Source: Podarcis bocagei (Eukaryota). Taken from it: DNA of 64,000 bases. Where the stretch lies: the NCBI GenBank assembly GCA_964188305.1, contig OZ076890.1; one strand, written 5' to 3'. This document shows, one piece after another, positions 26,900 to 39,593 of the stretch. The notes under the pieces are model-generated. The model did not search any database. It saw only the letters and a list, made by a program, of their open reading frames with translations, and had not been told where the DNA came from. Every line of letters begins with the position of its first letter. Positions within the stretch are counted from its first letter, which is position 1. Position numbers and translations under genes: made by a program.

Positions 26900-28370
26900 G
26901 ACAGATAGGATTCTACCTTCTTCCAACCTTGGTGAACAAACTGGTTATGAGTGATCAAGGCATATTATTGATCCCACTCAGCATATGTTTAATTCAATTT
27001 ATTATGGCAAACAGATGCCAGCCCCTTGTTCTTGTTTCACTAGACACTAAACAAAGTACACTAAACCTATCTTTATGCTCTCCTCTCAAATTTGTGAAGG
27101 TGCTTCATAACCTTTGGGAAGGACATATAGCTATACGTTGTGTTAATGCCAGGCCTCACTCAGCTTTCCGATCCAACGTGCTACCCAAATCTGTTTATGG
27201 ACAATATTGTCCTGATAGTAGCCAAGCCTGAATGATCTCTTGCAGTGGCCCTTCAGGAAATATCTATATATGAAACATTGTGAAGCTCACAATAAACAAT
27301 TCAAAATCTCAACTTCTATGCTTCAATATTCCCTCAGACTCTCAACTATGACTACAACACCTTACAAGGTTTTAAATATGTTTGAAGTTTTTCAGTGTTT
27401 CATATGTAGATGCTTAAGGGTACAAGTGCCAAGATAATGGTCTAACTTTAAGAAATTGAATTTCACCCCCTTCTGGCAGAAGTCAAAGAATCCTTCTTTG
27501 ATTGTCCAAAACAAATTTATCATGTCTTTGGAGGGTAGCAGCTGTCAAGATGATTCTACTCCCCAAATTGACTCTCTTATTCCAAGTGCTCCCAATAAAA
27601 ATTCCTTGAAAAATGCTGTTGCAATGGCAGAAATGCTGGGACTCTGTTCTACACCAGGGCAAGAGACCTAGATTAGGCCTGGCAACCATTTGTTAAAAAT
27701 CAAAACAAAGAGGGTCTAGGATTACCTCAAGTTAAATGGTACTAAGAGGCAGTTCATTTTAGAATCCTTCTCACTACGCTACAGGACCCTAAGGATTTTT
27801 CATGATTAAGGACGGAGTTTAATCAGGAAGTTCACAATAAAATATGTGCTATTACGTTTTCATCCCATAATAATAATAAAGTTGGAACACATTTTGGACT
27901 ACAAACTTAGGGGCTGCCGCCACCGCCAGGACTTTCAGGACAGGACTTTCATTTTTCAAAAGTGGAATGAAGAACGACTGAATCATTCATGTGACATTTA
28001 CAAAAACCAGCAGCATTTTACAGCTGCTCAGATACTAAGCTGGAAATAGTTGGCATAAGCTGGCACCAAGACCATTTCAGCATGAAAAAATTGATTCACC
28101 AGCAAGCAATCAGGCCCTTCATTCCTTTTGAAAAAAATATAATAAATATATCTGTATCATCCAAAGGAGTACTTTCAATCATTTACAAATCTTGCCATCT
28201 CAAATCTTTGAAAAGCTTATAGGAATCAAGCTTAGGGAAGGAATTGGAACAGGCCAACAGTTGTAATGTGTGGGCCAAAAACCTCCATTATCAGTATTAG
28301 TGAAAAATAGAGAAACAACATCTAATATCTTATATAAATGTTATCTGACATCCCAGAGGTGCTGTGGTAG
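26900..28370 (+). mobile_element. Highly decayed L1 ORF2 relic
   Basis: Residual peptides in L1 order: LVSLD (about 27030), KEGLGLPQVKWY*EA (about 27707-27751) and ILYKCYLTS (about 28327-28352). Many stops and indels. Confidence 0.6.
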
Positions 28371-28928
28371 CAGCTTCCAAGTTTCAAGAAGATAGTATTT
28401 ATTTATATTTTATTACCCACCCTACAGTCTAAAGTCCTGGGATTAGAAGTTTCTACCACATGTGATCGTTATGCGAAGGTATAAACATCTTTTGCAAGAC
28501 TGTCTTTAAGGAGATTAGCACAATTACCCACCCAACATTCAGTTAGTTGTGTTCCACAATTAGCTCTGTTAATTATTTTTGACAGAGAGAACTTACTACC
28601 TAAAGAGCTTGTTACATTTATACCAGTGACATCAAGGCAACTGGTTTGCACACACCTGGAAGAGCTTGGAAAATTTGTTCTACTGTTGGCACCAATAAAT
28701 CTGGTCCATAGCTCTTATGGAGAAACTTACCAAACAAGTACAGGACATGATGATAATGCTTTTATTGAGATTTGGTATGCATTTATTGCTTATGTAAATA
28801 AGGATGACCATGGTTTACAACAGCCAACACACATGACAATCCTTGGCAAAATGTTATTTGTTAACTCTTGCATTTTTAATTCAGGAGTGGGGAACAAGGA
28901 CCAGGGATGTTACTTCTATTTGTGTGAT

Positions 28929-28936
28929 CACACACA

Positions 28937-28989
<53 letters not shown>
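28929..28989 (+). repeat. Compound (CA)n(GA)n microsatellite
   Basis: Read directly from the sequence. Confidence 0.97.
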
Positions 28990-28991
<2 letters not shown>

Positions 28992-30421
28992 AGAACAAAA
29001 ATAATTAAAAAACAGAAAATAAGTTAAAGAAAATAAGCAGATGAATTATATGCTGATATAAAATAAGTCACTGCCTACTGTAACATGTCTTTATAGAATA
29101 TCTGGACATGGTTGGTATGGGTTTTTTCCTGTAAGGCTCTTAGGTATTTATAATAAATACTGTTATTGTTTATTGAACCATCAGCACATATGTAGTTTAT
29201 AGTTTGAACAATAATAGGTGATTATGCATTATCATATGAAATTATTGCAGTATCAGGTGGTTAAATCTAAGCTTACGTACCAAAGATTATCCCCCCCCAT
29301 ATCTTCTTTGCTTTTTACTTCTTCCTGAATAAGAGTCCTGTCAGACTCAACAGCTTGCAGTCGAAGGTTAGCTCAAGAAAGTTACATATTTTTCTTCTTT
29401 CTGTTCCCACATAGATATAGGACTACACTAAGGTAGTTTAGCATGTAGACTGTTTACAATCACTTCTTTCTGTTACAAAACCCTAAAACTTGTATTTTCT
29501 GAAAAGGTGGGGGTTATAAAAATCACAAGCACTTTATTATGGTCTTGGAACTGTGTGGTAATGCCCCTAGAGTTATCTCAGATAGCATAAATAAATCTGT
29601 CTGTCTCCAGTAGTCTCAGTCTAGGTATTAGCAACTTCTCTATGTTGTATCCCTTCTTACAGAATTCACCTCCTTACAGAAACTTTGCCTTCGGTAGCAC
29701 AGGAGCCTAGTCTTGTCTTAGTGTGCTCTAGTAACTCTGGCCAAACCACTTAGCAACTGCATGTGTAGGTTTCCTTAATCATACCATTGTTCCACAGCAC
29801 TGTGTTTGGTGTCATAACTAACTTTTTCCCCTCTCCTGATTTGTCTCCCTCAGATTTGTAACGTATGACTTGCCTGTTATGTGGAGCCTAGACAGTTGCT
29901 TCGGCTATATTTATAATCTGTCCATAGCACCATTTCCAGATTTAAGTTACATTTCCTTTTATGTAACATGAATGTGGTATTGAAGCTGAAGCAGTTTTTG
30001 ACTCTTACGTGCAGAGTTTCTAGAAGACAATATTAAACTTAAATGGTTACAAAGAACCTCTCTTAGATTCTTTCTGCCAGCTCCCAGCACAAGTAAAATA
30101 CGGTTTTAATGGCAACAGTTGATGGTAGACAGTCTCAATAAGCAATTCATGGTGGCCAAGAGAAACAATTATCAGGCTGTACTTTTAATATATAATGGAA
30201 GTGGGACTGGCAAAGAGATACTCTGGCCATTGCTTAGAAAAAGGACTATTGCTGATATTTGCATTAAAGGGAGGAGAACATTGCATTACCACTCCTGTGG
30301 TTCAAATACTTTTTTGCCTTTTAACTTGCTCTTTTTGCAGTTAGGTGAACAACTGATCCATTGTGGAAAGATCTTCAGAAATATTTTGGATTATGCTTTG
30401 TGTTCTTTATGCACTCTATGT

Positions 30422-30557
30422 CAGTGTTCCCCAACCTTGGGCCTCCAGCTGTTTTTGGACTACAATTCCCATCATCCTTGACCACTGGTCTTGCTAGCAA
30501 GGGATGATGGGAGTTGTAGTCCAAAAACAGCTGGAGGCCCAAGGTTGGGGAACACTG
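30422..30557. mobile_element. Palindromic hAT MITE, 136 bp
   Basis: Inverted arms of about 56 bp, the first 44 bp perfect. Perfect 8-bp TSD ctctatgt (30414-30421 and 30558-30565). Confidence 0.93.
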
Positions 30558-31935
30558 CTCTATGTAACCTATTTATAAAACATTATTCTTGAAAGCCAAG
30601 CAAGAGTGAATTAGGAAACACCCTCAGGAACCATTGGCACTAACCAATGTTGATTCCCAGTAAGCAGCAGAGGGTGTATTTGTGCTTACAGTTCTGTTTC
30701 TCCTGACTGTCTTTAGCTCTATCCCAGAGTTTTTAAGTCCTTGAATCTTCCAAAATTCAGAAAAAGTAATTCTACAATATGTTATAAGCAGAGGCAAACC
30801 TAGGGGCTGGCAAAACCAACCACTGCCAGAGGTGCAAGCTCTGGGGAGGTGCAAAATTTACCTCTCAGACTATGGAATATATGATGTGTATGTGTGTGAT
30901 GATATGCCACCACTGCTGCAGCGAGATCAAACACAGGGGAAGCATCCCATCTTTCTTGCACTGCAGCACAAAGGCGTTTGAATTTTGTTGCCCTTTCTCC
31001 TCGCCTCATCCTCATTCCAGACACTTGAGTACTCATAAAATGTATTAATTTCTAATGTAGATATTGCAGTAAAGTGTTTTTTTGGGGAGGGGCACTGACA
31101 TAGATCTTGCTGGGGGTGCTAATACAGTCTTTGGTTGTAAGTATCTCTGCATTATATTAAATGGAAATTCTCCACATTAAGGGTCTATCAAAGCTTTAAT
31201 AGTTTAAGCCCTGACCAATATGTCATAGCATGCTTTTTTCTGCTAACATGCAAAGAAAAGAAAAGAAAACCATATCACTATTTAGTGCTACTTATTACCA
31301 AGGCAACTTAAACAATATTCTCATAGCAAGATTTGTGCAAGTCAACATTGGCTCATTTGGTGGTGTTTGAATATGCTTTAGTTTCTACTTATCCCCTGTA
31401 GGAAAACTGTATTCTTTTAAGTGAAACAATTTTAAAAGCAGAGCACAAGCCTAAAATAAGCTAGTGTTCTCTAGAGTTCTCAGAAGGTGTAGATTTATTT
31501 ACTGTAGTTAAATCATAATTAGTTCTCAAGGGATAGTGTCTCTCTTAAACTGCTTTATTGCCACCATACTGGTTTTCTAAATAATCAGAAACTGCTGCTG
31601 TTGCTGTATTCAGGAGTATAGTCATGAATTTGCTGTAAGTAGTAACAAATGTTAGAAATTGCTGGTTGTCACATATGGAAGATAGTGAAACACTTTGGTG
31701 AGAATAAGCACCTCAAAAAGAAATGTAGGAAGTGCAGCTACTTGATTGAAATATATCCTGCCGTTATAGATTTGATATTTTCATTGCAATTTTTTTCTAT
31801 ATGTTTTGCCTTTCCCATTGTTTTAACATTTTTGACCTGTAGCTGAAATGATAATGTAACAAAAATTATAAATCTAATGTTTATATGAAAGCTGCACATT
31901 GTTTTAACAGGAGTTTTCCTTTTTACAATTTGCAG

Positions 31936-32003
31936 GTTGATGTACAAGGTGCCACAGGAAATAGGTCTGATTGCGATTGCGGTTCAACAAACTCAAGGGA
32001 AAG
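31936..32003 (+). CDS. HLCS: Holocarboxylase synthetase (biotin-protein ligase), internal 68-bp coding exon
   Basis: tttgcag acceptor and gtatgt donor. Translates LMYKVPQEIGLIAIAVQQTQGK(G), the start of the BPL biotin-binding loop, and splices in phase to the next exon. Confidence 0.95.
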
Positions 32004-33219
32004 GTATGTTGGTGTAATTCTGATGTCAGCAATACAAGTTCATGAATTGTAAATAACCATCTGCATTAAAGATTACAATTTTAAATAGCTGCGTGAAAGA
32101 GTGTGTGAAACCACCCTGAGTTGTTAGTAAGCACTTTTCTGACTCTGTATTTTCATCCAATTGGGGTTTTCATAGATTCTTTTCAGGGAAGCCAAATGCA
32201 ATCTCACCACACCCCAGTTCCGTGACAGAGAACTACTACCAGCTGTATGCAAAAAGTGACAGTATATCTTGCTTGTGGCACTTTTCCATGTCTAAAACAA
32301 GCATCGGATTACCTCCCAAAACGTGTAGAACAACAAATCTGTCTGATTACTGTCTGTTCTTCCTTTTGTTTGGGGGGGGGGAATGATTTTGATCAGTGTG
32401 TGAAACAAAAAAATGAGTTGTCATATGCCACTAGAGCAAACATCAAACCAATACTGTAAAGTGGGCTCGAGTAGCAAGCTGTGGCTTTAATTTTAATTCA
32501 AATTACCCTCCTTGGCGTGCTTTTCCAAACTGTGTCATGGTATTTATGACCCTTTGTCTTCCGTTAGTACTCTTCATGAAGTGATCATGACTTAAATAAT
32601 GACCTTTATACTCAAATAGTTCATATATGCAAGTTGCAGTTGGGCAAAGCTCTTGCACTGCTTACTTCAGTGTTCCTTATTGGCTGTTTTGGGGGGTGGG
32701 TGTTAGTTATTTCTGGTAGAATATCTTTTTTCAGTCCCATTGATTCATTTTTTTCCTATTCTTTTTTTGGGCATGACAAATATATACCATAAAGTTGTTC
32801 TTTTCAATGTATCATTTTTTAAAAAAAACCAGCTAGGTGCTATTTAATATGAAAAATTATAAAACCTATCCTCTCATAATTATGTATTTAAGCATAGATC
32901 TAATCCATTGACTGGACTGTTCCTGTTTTTAATCTTCATTTCTCTTCTCTTTTGGCCGGAGTAGACATATTGTATCAGATTGACAGTAGACATACATACA
33001 TTTCTTATTGCTACAACTTATGGTGTAAGCAAATCACATGTATATGATTTTTTACTTGTGAATTAAAAACAGAAAGAAACAATGTAAAAACTTTAAACCA
33101 TCAATATATTGAAACACCTTCAAAATATTTCATTCGATTTTCTCAGTGAACTGATGAAGCTTTCTTTTTATATAACAAAATAAAACTTTCACATAAATAC
33201 TTGTTCACTTTTTTTTAAG

Positions 33220-33380
33220 GCCGTGGTGGGAATGCTTGGCTGAGTCCTGTGGGAGCTGCTTTATCAACTCTACATATCACCATTCCTTTATCTTCTGAAC
33301 TGGGACGAAGAATTCCTTTTATTCAGCATTTGGTTTCTCTAGCAGTTGTAGAGTCTGTTAGATCCATACCGGGATACCAG
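33220..33380 (+). CDS. HLCS: HLCS internal 161-bp coding exon
   Basis: ttttttaag acceptor and gtattg donor. Translates (G)[53 protein letters not shown], completing the GKGRGGNxW motif. Confidence 0.97.
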
Positions 33381-35088
33381 GTATTGCATTTGCATGTTTC
33401 CTATTCCATTATTTTTACACTTTTTTGACCTAAAATGACCTGAGTATATAATTGACGTCCCCACTTAGCACCATTCAACTATCAGAATTTGCCCCCAGGC
33501 AAATTTGATTTTGCCCCCAGGTAAATTTTTTCTCTTCATGTGTATGATTGCTGTCTCCACATTGAAGCCCCCAAAAAGTAAGTTAAGACTAGCAACCCAT
33601 TCTGGTTTACTGTATTATACCTGAGTTTCTATAATGAAGATTGATTTGCCTCTTGGTTTTACTCCTGGACTTTGTTTTATTTTTGTTATAAAACTGATGA
33701 GAGGAACTGAGAAAAGAAAAAAATAATAAGATTTACAATTGCCTCTTAGGTTTTAGTTGGAGCTGTTTCACTAGCCACTTCATTCCTTCTTTCTTTTTCC
33801 ACTTGAAAATGTTGAAAATGTTTGCCCCGAGCTCGGAAGCAAGAGGCTAACCGTATCCTCTCAGGGGGGAATCAAGTGTCCTGTCATCAATGCTCAAATT
33901 ACAAACCAATCTTCTTTAGCACCTCATCAGTTTCCTTTGAATGTAACCAATTCATAATATTGGCTAACTGTAAAACATTGGTATTTTACAGGACTAGTCA
34001 ATGAAAACATGTGTTTCCTATATTACACAAAATCAGTGACTTGAGCACATTTACACATGAATTTCATTAGAGTGGTACCCAGTAGCCTTTCATATAGTTT
34101 AACGGTTGTCTTCTATTAACACTTCCCAACTTCAGGACTTCATAAGTTGACTGTAAAAATGCTTCACAATGGAATGTAAAATAAAATAAAATATAGAGGT
34201 TTGGAGTATTAACTGTTTAATGTAGGAGTCCCCAAAAAGAAAAGGAATACTTTACAGGGATAATTCAACCTCGTAAATACATTAGTTGTCAGACACAGTA
34301 CAACTGAATAGCAAATCATCCCTTTAGAAGTCTGTTGTACTTTTTTGTTGTTTTCTCTGATATGTTCAGTAACTTTTCATAAATAAGTCTCTAGATTAGT
34401 GCACTTGGATCTTTGTTCAAATAGTTCAACAACTATTTTTCCAGGTGTACAGGGGAGAGCAAAGGACATTGGTCCCACTGACTTTGCACAATACTGATAC
34501 CATCCAGTGTCTTAATATAGACATTACAGGTTCTTTCAGATTACCTGTTTATTGAACATTCTCCTGAAGAAAGGATCTCCAATCAGACCTTATACTTGAT
34601 CTCAAGCCAAATACACTGAAATGTCAAGTCTTTGCTTTGTCATCAGTTCTATCCAGGACAGACTCCTGTGCTCCCATCCAGTATTTAAGAGGTTCCTTCA
34701 GGGAGCATCTCTTTGAAGCCCTCTGGTCATCCACAGGTTTCTCTCCTGGAATGGACATGGTCTTCTATGTTCTCCCACAGCCTCTCTGCTTCCTCAGTCT
34801 CTCTGCCTCCTGTTCCTTAAGGCAGATTTCTTCATTGCTATCACCCCAACAGACTGAACTCAACATACCTTCCATCAGAAGCTAGCCCTACATGTTCCAA
34901 AACTTTTTACCCCACTAAATATACCTGTACATGCTAGATGTCAAGACGGGGACTCAAAACCTACATCCAGAACACAGTAACATTCAGATAAATGGGCAGC
35001 CTGTACTACTACACTAGGTAGAAAAGTCTCTACTTCATCTCTGGTGAGATGGATAAAAGCTGTTGGTTATGAAGCCCATCTTTTAGCA

Positions 35089-35223
35089 CAGGCTACTCAA
35101 CCTCGGCCCTCCAGTTGTTTTGAGACTACAATTCCCATCATCCCTGACTACTGGTCCTGCTAGCTAGGGATCATGGGAGTTGTAGGCCAAAAACATCTGG
35201 AGGGCCAAGGTTGAGGAAGCCTT
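35089..35223. mobile_element. Palindromic hAT MITE related to 30422-30557
   Basis: Same gactacaa(t/c)tcccatcatcc core with more diverged arms. TSD ttttagca / ctttagca. Confidence 0.85.
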
Positions 35224-35996
35224 CTTTAGCAACTCTGTTTTACATAACAGCTCATTCCACTTGGGCAGCTGCCACTTCTGTTGCTCTGTAAACCAATGCA
35301 CCCATGTCTGAAATATGCCAAACAGCCACATGCCACTCAACAAACATGTTGACATGACAGCACAGTTTAGATGGTATAGAGCTTTGGGGGTAGGGTTTTA
35401 TGCACATTGTCCCTCAAGTGCTGAAGCAGTCATCTACCCACTGCAGGAAAGCAACAGTTTTTATGTATCCCGTCTGCAGAATACCTCCTGCATCCAGCAG
35501 GAGAATGGGACATTGGTTTCTTCCACAACATACCTTCTTGCAAAGGCATCCAAGTCAGGTGGCTGCCCACAGCACCACTCAGTGCATCCAGATCACATTC
35601 AGGATCAGGGCTCTTCTCTCTTTTTGTCTTTTCCATATGTCTGTTTATTTTTTAAGTGGTTCTGCTAGTCTGAAAATGAGATGTTAGGGAGAAAAAGCTC
35701 CAGGGTCACATGTTTCCCAACAAACAGGAGTTATTATAACTCACCAGGGGCCAAGAACAAACCTTGAAGGTAAGTGACTAGTGTTTTTATCTGTGTCCAC
35801 ATTCATTGTGGGCTTTTGCCTCTTTGTGGGTATCTTTTAGAAAGAGAGAGAGAGGGATGCTGCTAAGTTTTCATTTGTGTATTCAGTGTCAGTATTAAAT
35901 ATTTGGAGAACAGGAAGCGCTAGACAAAGGATTAACACCATGCTGCTTTGGGATGCAGTAATATAGAGCTATAAATATACATGTTGGTTTCCCTAG

Positions 35997-36111
35997 GATA
36001 TTGAGCTTCGAGTGAAATGGCCAAACGATATTTACTATAGTGACCTTATGAAGCTGGGTGGCGTTTTAGTGAATTCCACACTAACAGGAGATACATTCCA
36101 CATTCTTATTG
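35997..36111 (+). CDS. HLCS: HLCS internal 115-bp coding exon
   Basis: ccctag acceptor and gtaaga donor. Translates [38 protein letters not shown](G), with the BPL KWPND and KLGGVL motifs. Confidence 0.97.
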
Positions 36112-36136
36112 GTAAGAATATAAATGGTTTAAAATA

Positions 36137-36181
36137 TGTTTGTTTGTTTGTTTGTTTGTTTGTTTGTTTGTTTGTTTGTTT
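36137..36181 (+). repeat. (TGTT)n microsatellite about 25 nt after an HLCS donor
   Basis: About 11 units, read directly. Confidence 0.95.
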
Positions 36182-38000
36182 TTAGGCATTTTTGCTGCTA
36201 TTGATAATGCAAATACATAGCAAAATAAATGTGGCCGTGATTCACCTGGCCCTTAATGGATTGTTATCTGACTTCCTGCTTTCAGCTTGCAGGAGAAATT
36301 ATTGATTTGTTCAGTCATGGGAGGAGAGGCATAATCAAGAATCCTTGATTATTAAATAAATAGTGTCCATGTTGTGTGCTTTAAAGAATAGGTAAATAGG
36401 AATAACAGAATCAGATCTAGACTTAGAGCAATCAGCAGACCTACTCTCAGTATCTCCTGCTTCAAAATTAGGAGGCTTCAGGAGATGGTGGCAGCAATAC
36501 TCATTCATAAACAGTATGAAGAATGCATCTCAGTGCAATCTCATTTGGAACAGGGATAATGTTTGAGATGATCCAGGTGGGAGAACTTTGAGATCCATGA
36601 CTTTCACAGTGTTCACCCTGCAGTAGATAGTTGCTTAACATTTTTTTAAGCCCATATCCATTAACAGCATTCACAATGTTCTCCACACACACCAGAAAAC
36701 TTGGATAAAACTAATGTGGAAAATACACTTTTGAGAATATTATCGTTTCACTTCAGTGTTTATAGGAACAATCCTAAAATCGTATGTCAATCTGTGGGTT
36801 TTGTTAACAGAGAATGTTCTTAAATTTTATAATATGAATTTGATTCCTGACTCCACCCTTCTTAAATGTCAAGATAACTAATCCTCCTCAGATCAATTTA
36901 TGAATACTACCAAATAATTATTTCCATATTTAATAGGTATATTACTTATAAATTATTAAAGTAATGGTTTCAAAAATAGGGCATTTAAATGTGAGTATAC
37001 TTGACAAGTCTGGCTCTGGCATCACATGCACAGGGAATGGAAAACCTACATTGCTCAGAAAGGGAGGAAAATAAACAGGTAGTAGAAGATTGGTGTGTAC
37101 ATTTCGCAGAGCTATGTTTAGGAGGCCTGATCAAGAAAGCCCTGAGAGCTGCATTTAAACACCCTGGCTTTCTGCCAATAATATTATCCCCTGCTAGAGA
37201 GCTGGGTGAGAAATGAGGCTTCAAAGAGAGTCTGGCAAGAGAGCCCTTGAAAGCTGAAAGTTGACTTAAATGTGGAATCCTCTAGGCTTTTCTCAAAGAA
37301 GCCAGTTGCTGCCCTGGAGCTGGGGGAAATGCAATTTTTTAAAATGGTAGAATATAGCATTTCATAGCCGCATCTTTCTTTTTCCGATTAATGCTCTCTT
37401 GCCTGTATGCTGAGCCATGTGTGTATGCATGAGATGGCCCATTAATTTCAACCTAAAGAGCACATCTACACATGCACACCAAACAGTATACGCAGCTCAA
37501 CTTCCTCCATCAAAATTTAGCAGGGCAGCCCTTGTGGGTGGGGCAGTTTCCATACCCACAAGAACTCACTGTGGTGGAATGGGACATTGTTCTGTCACAT
37601 ATTATGTGTATTGTTCTGTCACATAAAAACTGACAAAATATATCATTTGGCAATTTTACTGCACAAAACTGTTCTTTGTTTTAAATGAAGATTGTTCCAA
37701 AGTTGCATGTCTGGATGTGGATTGTCCTGGACTGAACTAGCTTTCATTGGAGGAAGAAACCATCAAGCACTGTCATGAGGCTGAGCCAGGCTGTCTTGTA
37801 TTTAGCACATGAGATGGATTTGAGTTTATATGAGCTTCTGTCATCTTTCATCATTATTTAAAGCAAATCTCTTCAGGAAATCTGTAGATGGATTTTTACA
37901 GCTGTCTGGAGGAATGGATTTGTCTTATGATACAAAGAGACTTTTTCAGAGAAACAAAACTTTTCCTACACTGCCTTTCTAATTTATTTTTCTTCCCCAG

Positions 38001-38214
38001 GCTGTGGATTTAACGTGAATAACAGCAACCCCACTATATGCATCAATGATCTCATTATGGAGCACAATAAGACAAAGAATACAGAATTAAAGCCCTTAAG
38101 TGCAGATTACCTGATTGCAAGAAGTGTGACAGTGCTGGAAAGTCTGATCAACACCTTTCAAGAGAAAGGACCTAATGGAGTTCTTCCCATGTACTATAAG
38201 TACTGGGTGCACAG
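38001..38214 (+). CDS. HLCS: HLCS internal 214-bp coding exon
   Basis: tcttccccag acceptor and gtaaat donor. Translates (G)[23 protein letters not shown]...[12 protein letters not shown](S); overlaps ORF 38015-38218. Confidence 0.97.
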
Positions 38215-38654
38215 GTAAATAATTTAAAATATATATTCTATATCTTTTTTAAAAAGAATACTTATTTTTCTTTTACAAGTAATAAAGAACAACATAAAGA
38301 ATCAACAACATAAAATAAAATTTCCTTCTTAATACCGGTAATCTTAATTGTTTTAGTGGTAAATTGAACTAACCCCATCAAGAGGCATTTATCTCAAACC
38401 AATAGTGACTGATCAGATATATATGTATGTATGCATTTAACATGTTTCACTTTTTCAGCATGTGTTAGAAGTATTTGTTTATGCATAGGCAGATTTGTCA
38501 TTCAGCATCCATGCATTAAAATATATCAGGATGTTTACATTGGAGTTGTTCCTTAAAGCTACATTTACCTAGCATTTTGAGTTAACGTGCTAGACATGGA
38601 TCATGAAGTCTGAGCTTTGCAGAATATCTGAGAAGAAACAGATTAATTTTACTA

Positions 38655-38963
38655 CAGTGGTGCCCCGCAAGACGAATGCCTCGCAAGACGAAAAATTCGC
38701 TAGACGAATTTCCCTATGGGCTTGCTTTGCAAGACGAAAACGTCTTGCAAGTTTGTTTCCTTTTTCTTAACACCGTTAATACAGTTACGACTTGACTTCG
38801 AGGAGCAACTCATAGAACGCGGTGTGGTAGCCTTTTTTTGAGGTTTTTGGTGATTTTTGAAGCTTTTCCAAAACTTTTCCGACACTGTGCTTCGCTAGAC
38901 GAAAAATTCGCTAGACGAAAAAACTCGCGGAACGAATTCATTTCGTCTTGCAAGGCACCACTG
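38655..38963. mobile_element. TcMar (Tigger-like) MITE, copy 1 (last HLCS intron)
   Basis: TIRs cagtggtgccccgcaagacgaa and ttcgtcttgcaaggcaccactg, TA TSD, repeated (ca/ct)agacgaa motifs. Confidence 0.92.
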
Positions 38964-39421
38964 TATAGTTAAGCAAGTCTACTTATGAATGGGTGGGTGC
39001 AGGAAATTCCCACTGACATTGTTCATTATGATGTTGGCCATGTCAGTAAACCCTATTGTGTATAAGCTATGTAGGATCCATGTGCCTTTCTGAAGAATTA
39101 TCTCTCGTACAGTGCCATTTATATGAATTTCATTAATCCATTTATTTCCTTTTGTCTATTCAAAGTTGGTTAAAACCCTCTGTTTAGATGGGGAAATCAT
39201 TCATTTCTTAATTTTATTCAAGGATTTCTACATCATTTTTCAAAACCCAAAATTTTCCCGAAGCATCTTCCAATCAGTATAAAAACATTTTAAACTTAAT
39301 ATCAATATCTAAAATACCAAAGCCTTTTACATGTTTATGTAACATTTATAATTAGACTGAGGTGAGTTTATGAAACTTGATGGTTTTTTAAAGTGGATAA
39401 TTCCTTGTTTTTTATTTGCAG

Positions 39422-39593
39422 TGGTAAACAAGTACGGCTTGGAAGTGATGAAGGGCCTTTAGCGTGGATCGTTGGAATCGATGATTCCGGATACCTTCAA
39501 GTTCATGAGGAAGGCAAAGATGTAGTAACCGTGCACCCAGATGGCAATACTTTTGATATGCTGAGAAACCTGATAATTCCAAAACAGCAGTAG
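39422..39593 (+). CDS. HLCS: HLCS terminal coding exon (C-terminal BPL domain)
   Basis: tttgcag acceptor. Translates (S)[56 protein letters not shown] to a TAG stop at 39591-39593. Confidence 0.97.

Larger units (their letters stand above)
1..31935 (+). other. HLCS: 3' part of the very large HLCS intron preceding the 68-bp exon
   Basis: No upstream HLCS-like exon recognised in about 32 kb. The orthologous mammalian intron is known to be very large. Confidence 0.75.

Noticed and set aside
38655-38963. Repeated (ca/ct)agacgaa motifs as a CRISPR-like array or CENP-B boxes
   Set aside because: The context is eukaryotic, the spacing is irregular, and the motifs sit within TIRs with a TA TSD. The TTCG...CGGG spacing does not fit the CENP-B box.
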